64,000 bases of DNA, taken from the NCBI GenBank assembly GCA_026770705.1, contig JANJGN010000026.1:28148001-28212000 (forward strand), written 5' to 3'. Within the stretch, counting starts at the first letter, position 1, and every line of letters begins with the position of its first letter. The stretch comes from Isurus oxyrinchus. Its lineage: Eukaryota. The translations under genes were made by a program, and so were the position numbers. Positions 1 through 11,309 of the stretch are shown here, piece after piece. The notes beneath the pieces were generated by a model that had not been told where the DNA came from, ran no database searches, and worked only from the letters and a program-made list of their open reading frames with translations.

Positions 1-39
1 AACAAAAGGGTGGGACATTCATTGTGGAAACATGGAAAC

Positions 40-140
40 AGTTGATTGAGGAATAAACATTGACCAGGAAGGGGGGAGATCTCCCCTGCTCTTCTTTCAA
101 ATAGGCTCATGGCATCTTTTACATTCTGACGCCTAAATCC
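40..140 (-). mobile_element. Deu-SINE-like fragment
   Basis: Reverse of the AAAAGATGCCATG...GAAGAGCAGGGGAG core; related copies near 15050-15290 (+), 34040-34320 (-) and 56280-56610 (-). Confidence 0.5.
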
Positions 141-143
141 CGT

Positions 144-360
144 TCATATCTCTTCTTTCCAGACTGAATAAGAAAGGAGGGGTTTCACCAGACCTGCCAC
201 AGAGACTCGGTTTCCTTGTCTCCCTGGTAATTTTTCCTTTTCCTCTGTTTTGAAGACCGATGCAAAGTGAATATGTAGCATGTCTGCCATTTCCTCAGTT
301 TCAGTTACAGTGTTGCTTGTGTCTGTCTTTAGGAGCACACATTACTATTAGCCACTCTTT
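144..360 (-). mobile_element. CR1 LINE ORF2 fragment
   Basis: EEMADMLHIHFASVFKTEE motif. Confidence 0.6.
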
Positions 361-636
361 GAGACGGGGAATGTTCATCCACATCAATAAACCCAATCCT
401 TTCTTTTTTGTTGACCGAGCAAACTGCTAATAGGTCTGCCGAGGGATGGTTGAAAATGTTTAATAACTTTTGCTGGTTCGTGTGTGGCGGAATGGCGGCT
501 GTTTTTATTTTGTTGGATGCTCTTCACCTGGACAAGAGGAGTCACGTGGCTGGATGATGCTGTCTTTCATAACACAAGTGAATTAGTGGACTTCCCTTCA
601 CATTTAACAAAGCAAAAGGATTTTTGATAATGCCTT

Positions 637-709
637 TATTTTTGCCGAGTTTCGAACCTGGAACTTGTTGAGTGTTAGGCAAATATAATAACCACTACAC
701 TACAGAAAC
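637..709 (-). pseudogene. tRNA-Val(AAC) pseudogene
   Basis: GTTTCTGTAGTGTAGTGGTTAT...CCTAACAC...GGTTCGAAAC follows vertebrate tRNA-Val, but the stems are disrupted. Confidence 0.75.
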
Positions 710-1944
710 AATGCACAACTGAGGTCTCAATGGACCTGCCCACAATGTTAACCTGCGCAGTCATGCAGCAGCACTTCAGATCTTTGTTTTGAAGAAATGA
801 TATTCAGCTGCTATGAATAGGAATGCTGGAGACACTATCCAACAATGTCATCATAAGATGACGCAGTACATTAGGCGACAATTCGGCTCATCTTGTCTAT
901 GATACCTTTCCATAATCTTGATTTTTCCCCCTCTCAACTCATAATCTAATTCGCTTTTGTGAACTCTGAGTGAAGAGAAACAATATTGAAAAAGGTGCAG
1001 GAGTTTCTGCAGTGCCCATGTGCACTGTGTGATCATTAACAAAGTTTCCCAGACCCAATGACATCAAGAGTTGGACTCTAGATTCTCATATAGTTTTTGA
1101 AACAAAAAAATGTATTTATGCAGCTGATTTCATACCGAACTTTCAAAGTAAGTTTATTCAGGTCAAACATGTCCTCATTTTTCTCATTCGATCTATACAA
1201 TCTAATTCCCCTTGCTCTACACCCTGTGACAGAGACTGTTATAGAAAAGAGGGAAAGATTTGCTGCAGCGACACAAAGCCCTGGTTAGACCTGAAGGACT
1301 GTGAATAGTTCTGGGAACGGCACCTTATAAAGGATCAACATTTTCCTTGAAAGTTTCAGAGGAGTCTCATTGATTCTGTTGGTGGGTTTGGAAATTGAAC
1401 GTTGTACATCCGCAGCTTGTGGCACAATTTCCCCTCACTATTCACTTCATGTTCATGTCGAACACACTCGATGCTGTTATTAGCTGAAGAAGTCTTCCGT
1501 GTTTTAACTAAACAGGTTGTTATTTGCCGCTCCCACTCCTGCCGACTGGAGTTGGCCCTCATCAGGGAATGTTGTTTTCTTGTTGCTGTGTGAACTGTCA
1601 CAATGAACTGATCCTGGAGTCTCTTTCCCCCGGGATCTAAAAATCCCGTCACTTCTCTTCCTTCATTCTCACTCTTTCATTCCTAGTTTGAGTTGGTTCT
1701 CCTTTCGGGCTCTTCAACAAATCCATTTGAACGGACAAGTGGCAGCTGAAATTTAATGTGAGGAAGTGTGAAGTGATTCATTTTGGTTGGACAGGAGAGG
1801 AAACTGAAAATAATGGTCATAATTTTAATGGGGCTTCTGTTTTGCACAGTGAGTGGTTTAGATCTGGAATATATCAATGTTGTTCGGTTCCACGAGGGGA
1901 TGGACATATTTTTACCATCCCAAACTTTATTCACATTAGTTGTG

Positions 1945-2857
1945 AACAAAGAACAAAGAACAAAGAAAAGTACAGCACAAGAACAGGTCCTTCGGCCCTC
2001 CAAGCCTGCGCCGATCATATTGCCCATCAACTAAAACATTTTGCACTTCCGGGGTCCGTATCCCTCTATTCCCATCCTATTTATGTATTTGTCAAGCTGC
2101 CTCTTAAACACCACTATCTTACCTGCTTCCACCACCTCCTCTGGCAGCGAATTTCAGACACTCACTACACTCTGCGTAAAAAAACTTGCCCCGCACATCT
2201 CCTCAATAGTTTTCTCCTCTCACCTTAAATCTATGTCCCCTAGTAATTGATTCTTCCAACCTGGGAAAAAGCTTCTGATTATCTACTCTGTCCATGCCAC
2301 TCATAATTTTGTAAACTTCTATCAAGTCGCCCCTCAATCTCCGTCATTCTAGTGAGAACAATCCGAGTTTCTCCAACCTCTCCTCATAGCTAATAACCTC
2401 CAGACCAGGCAGAATCCTGGTAAATCTCTGCACCCTCTCCAACGCCTCCATATCTTTCTGATAATGTGGTGACCAGAATTGCACACAATATTCCAAGTGT
2501 GGCCTAACCAAGGTTCTATACAGCTGCAGCATGATTTCCCAGCTTTTATATTCAATACCTCTGCCAATGAATGCAAGCATGCCATATGCCTTCCTGACTA
2601 CCTTATCTACCTGCTTTGCCACTTTCAGTGACCTGTGGACCTATACACCCAGATCCCTCTGCCCATCGATGCACTTAAGGGTTCTGCTATTTACTGTATA
2701 ATTCCTGCCTGCATTAGACCTTCCAAAATGCATTACCTCACATTTGTCCAGATTAAACTCCATCTGCCATTTCTCCGCTCAAGTCTCCAACCGATCTATA
2801 TCCCATTGTATCCTTTGACAATCCTCTTCACTATCTGCAACTCCTCCAACCTTAGTG
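1945..2857 (-). mobile_element. 5'-truncated CR1 LINE (RT C-terminus, 3' UTR, repeat tail)
   Basis: YRTLVRPHLEYCVQFWSPHY...LEKLGLFSLE; (TTCTTTG)n tail at about 1945-1970. Confidence 0.9.
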
Positions 2858-2981
2858 TCTTATGCACCTTCATATTAAAAAGGCTCAGAGAGAAAAAGCA
2901 GGTCGGAAAGAGGCAAGAGGAGATTGATTCTGTATTTTTTTTTTCATTTCAGTCAAAGGAAGCATTGTTGCATCATTCTGT

Positions 2982-3063
2982 GGTGTCGTGGCCGAGCTGT
3001 CTAAGCCGCTGGTTTTAGCCTCCAGTCTTTATGGAGCTGTGGGTTCGAATCCCACTGCTACCC
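2982..3063 (+). pseudogene. tRNA-Leu(TAG) pseudogene
   Basis: GTGGCCGAGCTGTCTAAGCCGCTGGTTTTAGCCTCCAG...GTGGGTTCGAATCCCAC; long variable arm; several stem mismatches. Confidence 0.8.
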
Positions 3064-3273
3064 AATTCTTAGAAGATTCACCTTTTCAGTCAATTTAGCC
3101 AAATCCTTCCGTGTGCGCTTGGGACATGTGCAGTGCTCTATTCTGACGGAAAGATCGAGGAGACACAGGTGGAATTACTGGGCAGGCAGGAATAGGTCGG
3201 GTTGCCTGCATTCATTCTCTGCTGAACCATTGTATAATTTCAGGTGCAGACCATGCAAGGGTACCTGGTCCTT

Positions 3274-3356
3274 GTGTACAGGGCTGAGTGGTTAAGGTAA
3301 TTAGCTTACAATCTTCTGGAGTTTCCTGATGCAAGTTCAAATCCTACCAGACTGCA
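3274..3356 (+). pseudogene. tRNA-Ser-like pseudogene
   Basis: GGCTGAGTGGTTAAGG A-box, GTTCAAATCCT B-box, long variable arm; anticodon arm eroded. Confidence 0.55.
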
Positions 3357-3741
3357 TTTCTTGCTACTCTTGATTTTCGGAACTAATTATCAATTAAATT
3401 GACTCAAAATCCTTCAAGCATTTCTTTGCCTTTTTCATTTCAACCACAAGCATTCACTAAATTTGCAGCCGGAAGTGTAACAAAAACGGAGACAATTTGG
3501 TGATATCCATTCTTTCTGGATGTTTGCCTCTCCTTACGCTTCTGTCACTATCGGTGTCTATGTCTGTGTGTGTTCCTCGCCGTGTGTCAATGTGATTCAG
3601 TTCCCTGAGGGGGTAAACCCATTTTTACCATCACAAACTTTATTCACTTTCGTCATTTATCTTCATGGTAAATGGCACAGAGAATGACAGTAGGTTTAAA
3701 AGTTGCAGGAGGAAGTTGGCCTTTCTCTACTGACTGGAGCC

Positions 3742-3813
3742 GTTGGCATAGCTCAGTGGTTAAAACGCTGTTATTGTAAACCAGGAGTTGTGAGATCCAT
3801 CATTGCTGTACCT
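3742..3813 (+). pseudogene. tRNA-Thr(TGT) pseudogene
   Basis: CATAGCTCAGTGGTTAAAACGCTG-TTATTGTAAACCAGG follows tRNA-Thr(TGT); T-loop damaged. Confidence 0.65.
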
Positions 3814-3814
3814 G

Positions 3815-4820
3815 CAAATAAAGTTTAGCTGATGAAAGTGGTGGAAATGTAAACAGTCGGGGGGGGCATCGATAGGCTGCAAAGAGATTTAGACAGCTCA
3901 GGGTAACAAAGATGGAACATGGAGTGGAGTTTCGGGATGTGCAAAGCTGTTCAGAAGGCCCTAAAGGAATTTTTAAAATCCGAACTATTTAGGCACAGTG
4001 AGTAATTAGGAAAGCTAATTATCATTACTGTGAGGGGGATTGAAGTAAATAAGTTATGCTACAATTGTACAGGACACTGGTGAGGCTATGTCTGGAGTGT
4101 TGTGTAGAGTATTGGCCTCCTTATTTAAGGAAAGATGTAAATGCGTTGGAACGAGGTCAGAGAAGGTTTACTGGATGAATACCAAGAATGGCCAGGCTTT
4201 TGTTTTTATATTCTTCATGAGATGAGGGCGTCGCTGCCTAGGCCAGCATTTATTGCCCATCCCTAATTGCCGTTGTCTTATGACAAAAGCCTGGGTAGGC
4301 TCAGTGTCTATCTGCTGGAGCTGAGAAGATTAAAAAGCGACTTGATCGAAATCTTTCAGATCCTGAGAGGGTGGATGTGGAGAAGATGTTTCCTTTTGTC
4401 GGACTTTCCCTGATCCAATGACATGAAGAGTTGGAGTCGAGATTCTGATACAGTCTTTGAACAAAAAAACGTATTTATGCAGCTAATTTCAGACCAAACT
4501 TTCAAAACTTGTTGGAGAATCTAGAACAAGGGGGCCACTGTTCAACAATAAAGGGTCGCTCACTTAAGACAGAGATTAGGAGAATTTTTTTTCTCCCAGA
4601 GCGTCGTAAGTCTTTAGAATTCTTCTACAAAATGCAGTGGAAGCTAAGCCTTTGAATCTTTTTAAGGCAGAGCTAGATTGATTCTTGATCAACAAGGGGT
4701 GAAAGGTTATCGGGGTCAGCAGCAGGTTACAATCAGATCAGTCGTGATCTTACTGAATGGCGGAGCAGGCTTGAAGGGCCCAGTGGCCTACTCCTGCTCC
4801 GAGTTCATATGTTCGCATGT
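3815..4820 (+). mobile_element. Degenerate CR1 LINE 3' part with nested insertions
   Basis: Eroded RT-end and 3' UTR motifs; SINE tail at about 4200-4270 and a ~105-bp insert at 4404-4508. Confidence 0.75.
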
Positions 4821-5257
4821 TCTTTGAGTCCAGATTGCTTACCAGCTCAGTGCCCGAATGCCACAAAGTCAAGGATGATTTAAATTTTCACAGAGCAACA
4901 TGTAAAGTGACAGTGGATTTACTCAGTATGATGGTGTGTTCCAGTTCTATATGTGCAATCACAGAATCAATTTCTATTGGTTACTTTCCAACAGCTTGGA
5001 TGTTATGCACATGTTTGATCTAATTTATCTCATTTTCTTTGAAATAAATATTCATAAAACTATTTGTCTGGGAACTTACTGGATAACAGCAGGGCTGGTA
5101 AAGTTTGGACAACATTTCCTTGTGGCCAAAGGACTCAAAGCAGAACTATAAGGAATATGAGTAGAAGCAGGAATAGAGAGAATCTACTGGCCCTAGATAG
5201 TGTCAAACCTCCAATGTTTAGGTTGACAGCTGAATTCGCTAAACAAGATGTTACAAC

Positions 5258-5321
5258 ACTCTGGTGACCTCGTGGTTAGGATTTGATGCTCCCATCGCCC
5301 AGGTTTGATTCCCGGTCTCAC
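5258..5321 (+). pseudogene. tRNA-Glu-like pseudogene
   Basis: CTGGTGACCTCGTGGTTAGGATT...CCCAGGTTTGATTCCCGGTC with an internal deletion. Confidence 0.6.
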
Positions 5322-5379
5322 TGTTGTGCAAAATATCACAACTAGAAACCAATTACTGATCCGAAAAAGTCTATCATGC

Positions 5380-6590
5380 CCAACAATTCATCCCCTTCCC
5401 ATGGTACCTTGCCTGCAATCGCAGGAGGTGTAACACCTGCCCCTTTACCTCCTCCCTCCTCACCGTCCAAGGCCCCAAACACTCCTTCCAGGTGAAGCAG
5501 AGATTTATTTGCACTTCTTACAATTCAGGCTATTGTATTCACTGCTCCCAATGTTGTCTCCTCTACGCTGGGGAGAATAAACACAGACTGGCTGCCTGCT
5601 TTGAGGAACACCTTCACACAGTCTGCAAGCATGACTCAGATCTGCCTGTCACTTGCCATTTTAATTCACCATCTCGCTCTCATGCTCACATTTCTGTCCT
5701 GAGCCTTCCACAATGTTCCAGTGAAGCTCAACACAAACTAAAGAAACAGCATCTCATCTTCTCATTAAGCACTCGCCAGCTTTCTGGACTCAACACTGAG
5801 TTCAACAACTTCAGACAATGAACTATTTCCTCCATTTTTGTTTCCCTGCAGCCCCTACCACCCCACCCCCCAAGTGTCAGTCTGCATCTTGTTCTCATGT
5901 TTTGCTTTCAGGCAGTGCTGACACTTCTTTCTGCTATTAACACATTCTACTATTTTGTTTCCTTTATTTTTATTTGTTCATGGGATGAGGCCTGGCTCGG
6001 CCAGCATTTAATGCCCGTCCCTAATTGCCTTTGTTCAGAGGGCATCTGTCAGAGTCAGTCACATTGCTATGGGTTGGCACATATCGGCAGATTTGCTTCT
6101 CTAAAGGGCATTAGTGAACCAGATGGGTTTTTACAACAATTGACAATGGTTCCTTTCCATATTTTTATTGAATTCAAATCTGCCATGGTGGGATTCGAAT
6201 GCTGGTCCTCAGAGCATTACCTGTGGTCTCTGGAATGGGGTGTCAGTCCAGTGACAATTCCACCACCTTCCCTCCAGTCAGTGCTAACCTTTTTTAAAAA
6301 AAATATTAACACATGCTTTCGTCTTTAATACTATCATTACCGTTCCCTTTGACTTGTGTTCCAAGGCATTTTTGTCATTTATTCTCTCCTGACCTCCAAC
6401 CTAATCTCTGACCTTCTATTTTGCTCCAGCTGCTCCACCCAACCTCGTCAGCAGCAGAAAACCCAGCACATTTCTACGTCCCTTCAGTTCTGAAGAAGAG
6501 TCACATGGACTGGAAACGTTAACTCTGTTTCTGTCACCACAGATGCTGCCAGGCCTGTTGTGAACTTCAGCACCCCCTTTTTTATTCGAG
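5380..6590 (+). mobile_element. Penelope-like element fragment (GIY-YIG endonuclease plus terminal repeat), split by a SINE at about 5965-6270
   Basis: FICTSYNSGYCIHCSQCCLLYAGENKHRLAACFEEHL...PVTCHFN; terminal motif CTGAAGAAGAGTC...GAAACGTTAAC at 6490-6523. Confidence 0.8.
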
Positions 6591-6764
6591 CACGAATGGC
6601 TTTATCAGGACATAAATACAGGGCAAGTCGTCACAATCGGTGGAATGAGAAACAGAGTTAAAGATCTGTGTGGGTATTATATAGAACTGGAAATGTCTGC
6701 GATGGAGATTAGGAGTTAAAAGAAGTGGCATGAAAGTGGAGGAATTCAATGTCAGTCAATTACT

Positions 6765-7065
6765 TTCCATGATAATGTTCTGGGGACATGGGTTCAATTC
6801 CTACCAAGGCAGATGGTGGAATTTAAATTCAATAAAAATCTGGAATTAAAAGTCTAACAACGACCAGGAACCATTGCTGGTAAAAACCCATCTGTTTCAC
6901 TGACGTCCTTTAGGGAAGGAAATCTGCCATCCTTACCTGGTCTGGCCTACATGTGCCTCCAGACCCACAGCAACGTGGTTGACTCTCAATTGCCCTCTGA
7001 AATAGGGATGGGCAATAAATGCTGGCCTAGCCATCCACGTCCCATGAATAAATTTTAAATAAAAA
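6765..7065 (+). mobile_element. tRNA-derived SINE
   Basis: GGTTCAATTCC B-box, AAAACCCATCTG..CACT..GTCCTTTAGGGAAGGAAATCTGCC core, GGGATGGGCAATAAATGCTGGCC tail; same family near 7575-7925, 22335-22735, 27345-27580 and 27580-27830. Confidence 0.8.
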
Positions 7066-8019
7066 AACTTTTTGTGTTGGATTTGAGATGTGGGAATGAG
7101 GGTTCTTTGCTCATGTCCACGCTGCTTAAACTGAGTTATTTTATATTGGTTAAAAACTGCAAAGGTACAACAGCCTCTGCCAGAATCAGTGAAGTGAGAG
7201 TTGACGCTTCGCATCAGAACTGGTATCGGAGGGAATGGAGCAGGAAGAGAGGATCCCTGGGGTGATGTTCAGTGAGTTTAGTTGTTTGTTGCGTCAGGCA
7301 GACAGCAGAGTCTGGGAATTTCCATGATTTGTGCCCTCTGGTATTCCTGACAAACCCCAAACTGTGGTAATAATTTGCAGGATTACTGCTCGATAATGTG
7401 CCTGTGTCAGATAGGACCTAGTTTCTAGGAACTTGGTTTGTGTCAACTGTCCTGTCAGCCTTATATATGTATTTTTTTGTTATTCATTTATGCGATGTGG
7501 GCGTGGCTGTCTGGGCCAGCATTTATTGCCCATCCCTAATTGAGAAGGTGGCCTGTGAAGTCTCTGCCTTGTGAGTGTTTAATTGGACAAGGTAGAGAGA
7601 GTTCAGGCGAATGCTCTGGGGGCTTGGGTTCAAATCCCAACATGGCAGCTGCTGGAATGTGAATTCAATTAATAAAACCTGGGATTGAAAACTAGCCTCA
7701 GTGATAGTGACCATGACAACTATCACCGATTGTCGTAAAAACCCATCTGCTGCACTAATGTCCTTTAGTGAAGGAAATCTGCCATCCTTACCCGGCCTGG
7801 CTGACACGTGATTCCAGGTCCACAGCAATGTGACTGACACTTAACTGCCTCGGAAGCCGGGCTGTTCTGGGCAGCCTTGCCAGTGACACCCACATCTCAT
7901 GAAAGGATAAAGAGAGAAAAAAAACTTTAATTCCCTATCTAAACCCTGCTGCACCGACCCTGGGAGTGTTTGATGGGACAGTGTAAAGGAAACTTCCGTC
8001 CTCCATGTCGGCCTCTGAT

Positions 8020-8154
8020 ACTCTTTCGAGCACAAACACATTTCCATCTGTTTCAGATGAAGTTACGTTGTTTCATAGTTTTGCCATTGTGAGATTTGAA
8101 CTCTTGATCTTGGGGTTACAAACCCAGTACCATGACCACTTGGCTATTTAGGCC
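8020..8154 (-). mobile_element. Short tRNA-headed SINE with target-site duplication (TSD)
   Basis: GGCCTAAATAGCCAAGTGG...GAGTTCAAATCTC head; GGCCTCTGAT repeated at 8010-8019 and 8151-8160. Confidence 0.7.
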
Positions 8155-8964
8155 TCTGATGAAGCAGATCCCTGCTGTTTACAATTACCCGACACGTAAC
8201 TGTGACAGACCTGTCAGCCTTGAGTTGGAGTGAAATCACCGAGGTTCCTCTCGCTCTGCACTCATTCTGCCTCTGGAGTTTGCCTTCAAAGGGCAGAGGG
8301 AAAGGTGTATTAACACCGATGGGTCGCTGGGTGGCGCAGTCACTCTTTCACTGAAGGGCCTTCGGTTCAAACACATCCCCGACAGGGCTGGTGAAAAATA
8401 TCTGTCTGGGTCAGATGGGAAAACCGTGTAATGGGGTAGAAGGAGCAGTGTTGATGGGCCTTGGAGAAAGGAGTTCAGCAAAAGCCAGTCCGTTTCACAG
8501 TCACGATTTATTAAAATTCTCAGAGAACATTTGACAGAAAAGTTTATTTTAAAGTGAACTGAAATGAATATAACGACTGAAAGTCACATTGAGAACAGAA
8601 CACATTAGCCCTGAGCTGCCAACTATATGTACAACAGTAACAGACACCAGGAAGAGAAAATAGGAGCTCAACATGAAGAGAACATAATAAATGTGAATGA
8701 GGAATGAATAAAGTTACTTATTTACACAGGGAATTCAAATTAATTGGAACTTATAAGCCATAATTGCAATACAGTCATAATTACCTCGCGCAGTTCAAAG
8801 AGAAAAATGGAAATACCGTCCATGATTTGTCTCAGTTACAGATTCGGAAACATATCTGAATGTATTTCATTTTTAGAGCCGCCAAAAGGCCATATTATAA
8901 ATTTGTAATACAGATATCTCAATAAGCAGCCGAGGAAAATCTACGGTGTCCAAAATGCAACCGA

Positions 8965-8973
8965 TCACTTGAT
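8965..8973 (-). CDS. IGHM: IgM TM2 exon (IK-stop)
   Basis: Polypyrimidine tract and ttttcag|ATC AAG TGA, 138 bp after TM1; candidate AATAAA at 8543-8548 and 8507-8512. Confidence 0.88.
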   Translation of the reverse strand: MK

Positions 8974-9111
8974 CTGAAAAAGAGGATAAAATAATGAAGC
9001 GGATGTTTATGATCTGGGACATTTATGTTAGAGTTTTAATCAATGAAACATTGAGAGATTTTTCAAACCGCTTCTGTCAGTTTGAAGTGTGAATGGATTG
9101 AATCTTCTCAC

Positions 9112-9239
9112 CTTCACCAGAGTGACGGCAGTGCTGTAGAAAATGCTCAGGAAGAACAGGATGATGAATGTGGAAGCGGTTGTCCAGATGTTGCCGTTAT
9201 CATCCTCAGAGTCTTCAATCCAGATGCCATCTTTGGAAT
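9112..9239 (-). CDS. IGHM: IgM TM1 exon
   Basis: cgtag acceptor, gtgaga donor, 128 nt; [43 protein letters not shown] (conserved antigen-receptor TM motif). Confidence 0.95.
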
Positions 9240-9739
9240 CTACGAGGATATAGCCGATGAAATACATTTAGATTGTTTATTAGTCTAGGATATCTTTTTC
9301 AATATTCTCTTTACTCTTTTCTAAGTTATTAATGTATTCTCTAATTTAATGTTCAATGTCTATATGCGGTTAAGTTCGTGAATCTCAGTAGCCTATCTCT
9401 GTAACTATCTCTCTTTTACATTCCTCGTACAGCCCATGTCGGAAAATGTGGCAACTTTTCTTCAGCATCAGTTTATTTTTGAACAATTTCGTATAATCTG
9501 TTATTGGGGAATATTATGATGGATATCGAGAGAGATTCACTGAGCTACTTATTTGGAAACAGTGAACGTTGCTTTTTAAAAGCACGGATGTGAGTTCCCA
9601 TCTTGTTTGTCTATTTGTGATGGGAATGTTTGGTGCGTCATTAACTTAAATCAGTTTCTCAGTAAGAGCACTGTTTCAGTGTGTTTATGGGGTCATTATG
9701 TAATCGAGGCAATTGCCAGGGGATATTGTTTATATATAT

Positions 9740-10170
9740 TTTTCTCAACTATTTCTATTATTATTATTATTTAAATTTATTTCCATTCATTGTTTTATCT
9801 CTACCTTTTAGCCTATTTTGATCTGTCCTCCCACAGCCTACTAGGGCCACCTGTCACTTGCTCATCCTGCTTTCTACCCTTAATGTCATTATTAGCACCT
9901 CTTTTAACCAGTATCACCACCATCAACACCCTTCGACCTTTTGTTTATGACATCTTTCGCAATCTCTCCTTTGCCTCTACCTATCACTGGCCTTCTATCC
10001 AGCTTCACCTGTCCCACCCCACTTAAACATTATATATTTCACCACATTTTTACTTCTCTTTCATTCTGAAGAAGAGTCATTCGGACTGAAAACGTTAACT
10101 CTGTCTTTCTCTCCACAGATGGTATCAGACTTGCTGAGCTTTTCCAGCAATTTTTGTTTTTATTCTGAAG
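9740..10170 (+). mobile_element. Penelope-like terminal-repeat fragment in the Cmu4-TM1 intron
   Basis: Similar to 45850-46330; ends with CTGAAGAAGAGTCATTCGGACTGAAAACGTTAAC...CCACAGATG. Confidence 0.7.
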
Positions 10171-10229
10171 GATATGCCCGTTAAAAAAGTACATTTGAAT
10201 TATACTTTCTTCAATACCCTGGCGTCCTA

Positions 10230-10585
10230 ATGTGTGCTTTTTGTGTTCTCACATGTATGAGTATGTTTGTGTCAACATGTGTGTCTGTTAATTTGTTAGT
10301 TTGTTCTTCTGTGTTTGCGTGTCTGGGTGTCATCTGCTCATGTGTGTGCATGTGCTAAGGTGTGCCCATGCATTTGTTTTAATGTGGTTGACAGTATGTG
10401 TCTTTATGTCTGTATTTCTGTCATTATGAACGTGTGATAATGCATATGCAAATAATTACATTTGTGCTTTATGCCCTCGTATGAGTCTGCTTGTCTGGTT
10501 TTATCTGTGTGTGTGTGATTGTGTATATGTGTGTGAGTGTGTGTGCGTATTTGCGTGTGCATGATTGTTAACATGTGTGCATCTG

Positions 10586-10616
<31 letters not shown>

Positions 10617-10910
10617 GTGTGATTGTGCGCATGTGTATGTGCTTATGTGATTGTGCGCATGTGTGTGTGCCTGTGTGTTTGTGCATCTGTGCCCATGTGT
10701 TTGTGTGTGTATGTGATTGTGTGTGTGTATTTGTGTAAGTGTGTGATTGTGTGTGTGTGTGCCTGTGCGTGTTTGTGTGTGTGTTTGTGTGGATGTGTGC
10801 CTGTGTGGGTACCTGTGCCTGTGTGTGTGCATGTCTGTGCCTAGGTATCTGTGAGTGAGTGGCTGTGCCTAGGTATGTGTGTGTGTCCATTTTTGTCAGC
10901 TGTGTGTACT
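10230..10910. repeat. Degenerate (TG)n microsatellite tract
   Basis: About 0.7 kb of alternating TG; source of the HT-rich and CV-rich ORFs. Confidence 0.95.
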
Positions 10911-11309
10911 TTTATTCTGTTTCCAAGTTTCACCGGGTACCAATGATCAAGTCTGACCCTGATGGTGAAACGTTTGGTGAATATTTTCAATGGTCTGTAT
11001 ATAAATGTGTTTTCTGTGAGATGCAAGGTGATATCAGATGAATGAATGCAAAAATTCAATGGCACGCCTCTCAAATTCAAGGAAGAACCATGAAAAACGC
11101 AGGGAGGATTCAGTCACCAGTTTAGATTCAGATTATAAGAAATCAATGTTAGCATCAGGTCAATAGGAACAAGAGTGTTAAAACTTTAAAAATAATGTTG
11201 CATAAATATATATTTTACATTTTCAGCTTGTTGGAAGTTAAGGCTTGCAGACAATAAGCTGGAAGCCAACTTGTGCTATTGGTAACTGGGTCCTTACAGT
11301 GGAGGCCTG

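Noticed and set aside
10404-10890. His/Thr-rich and Cys/Val-rich ORFs (also 46206-46638)
   Set aside because: (CA)n/(TG)n microsatellite artefacts
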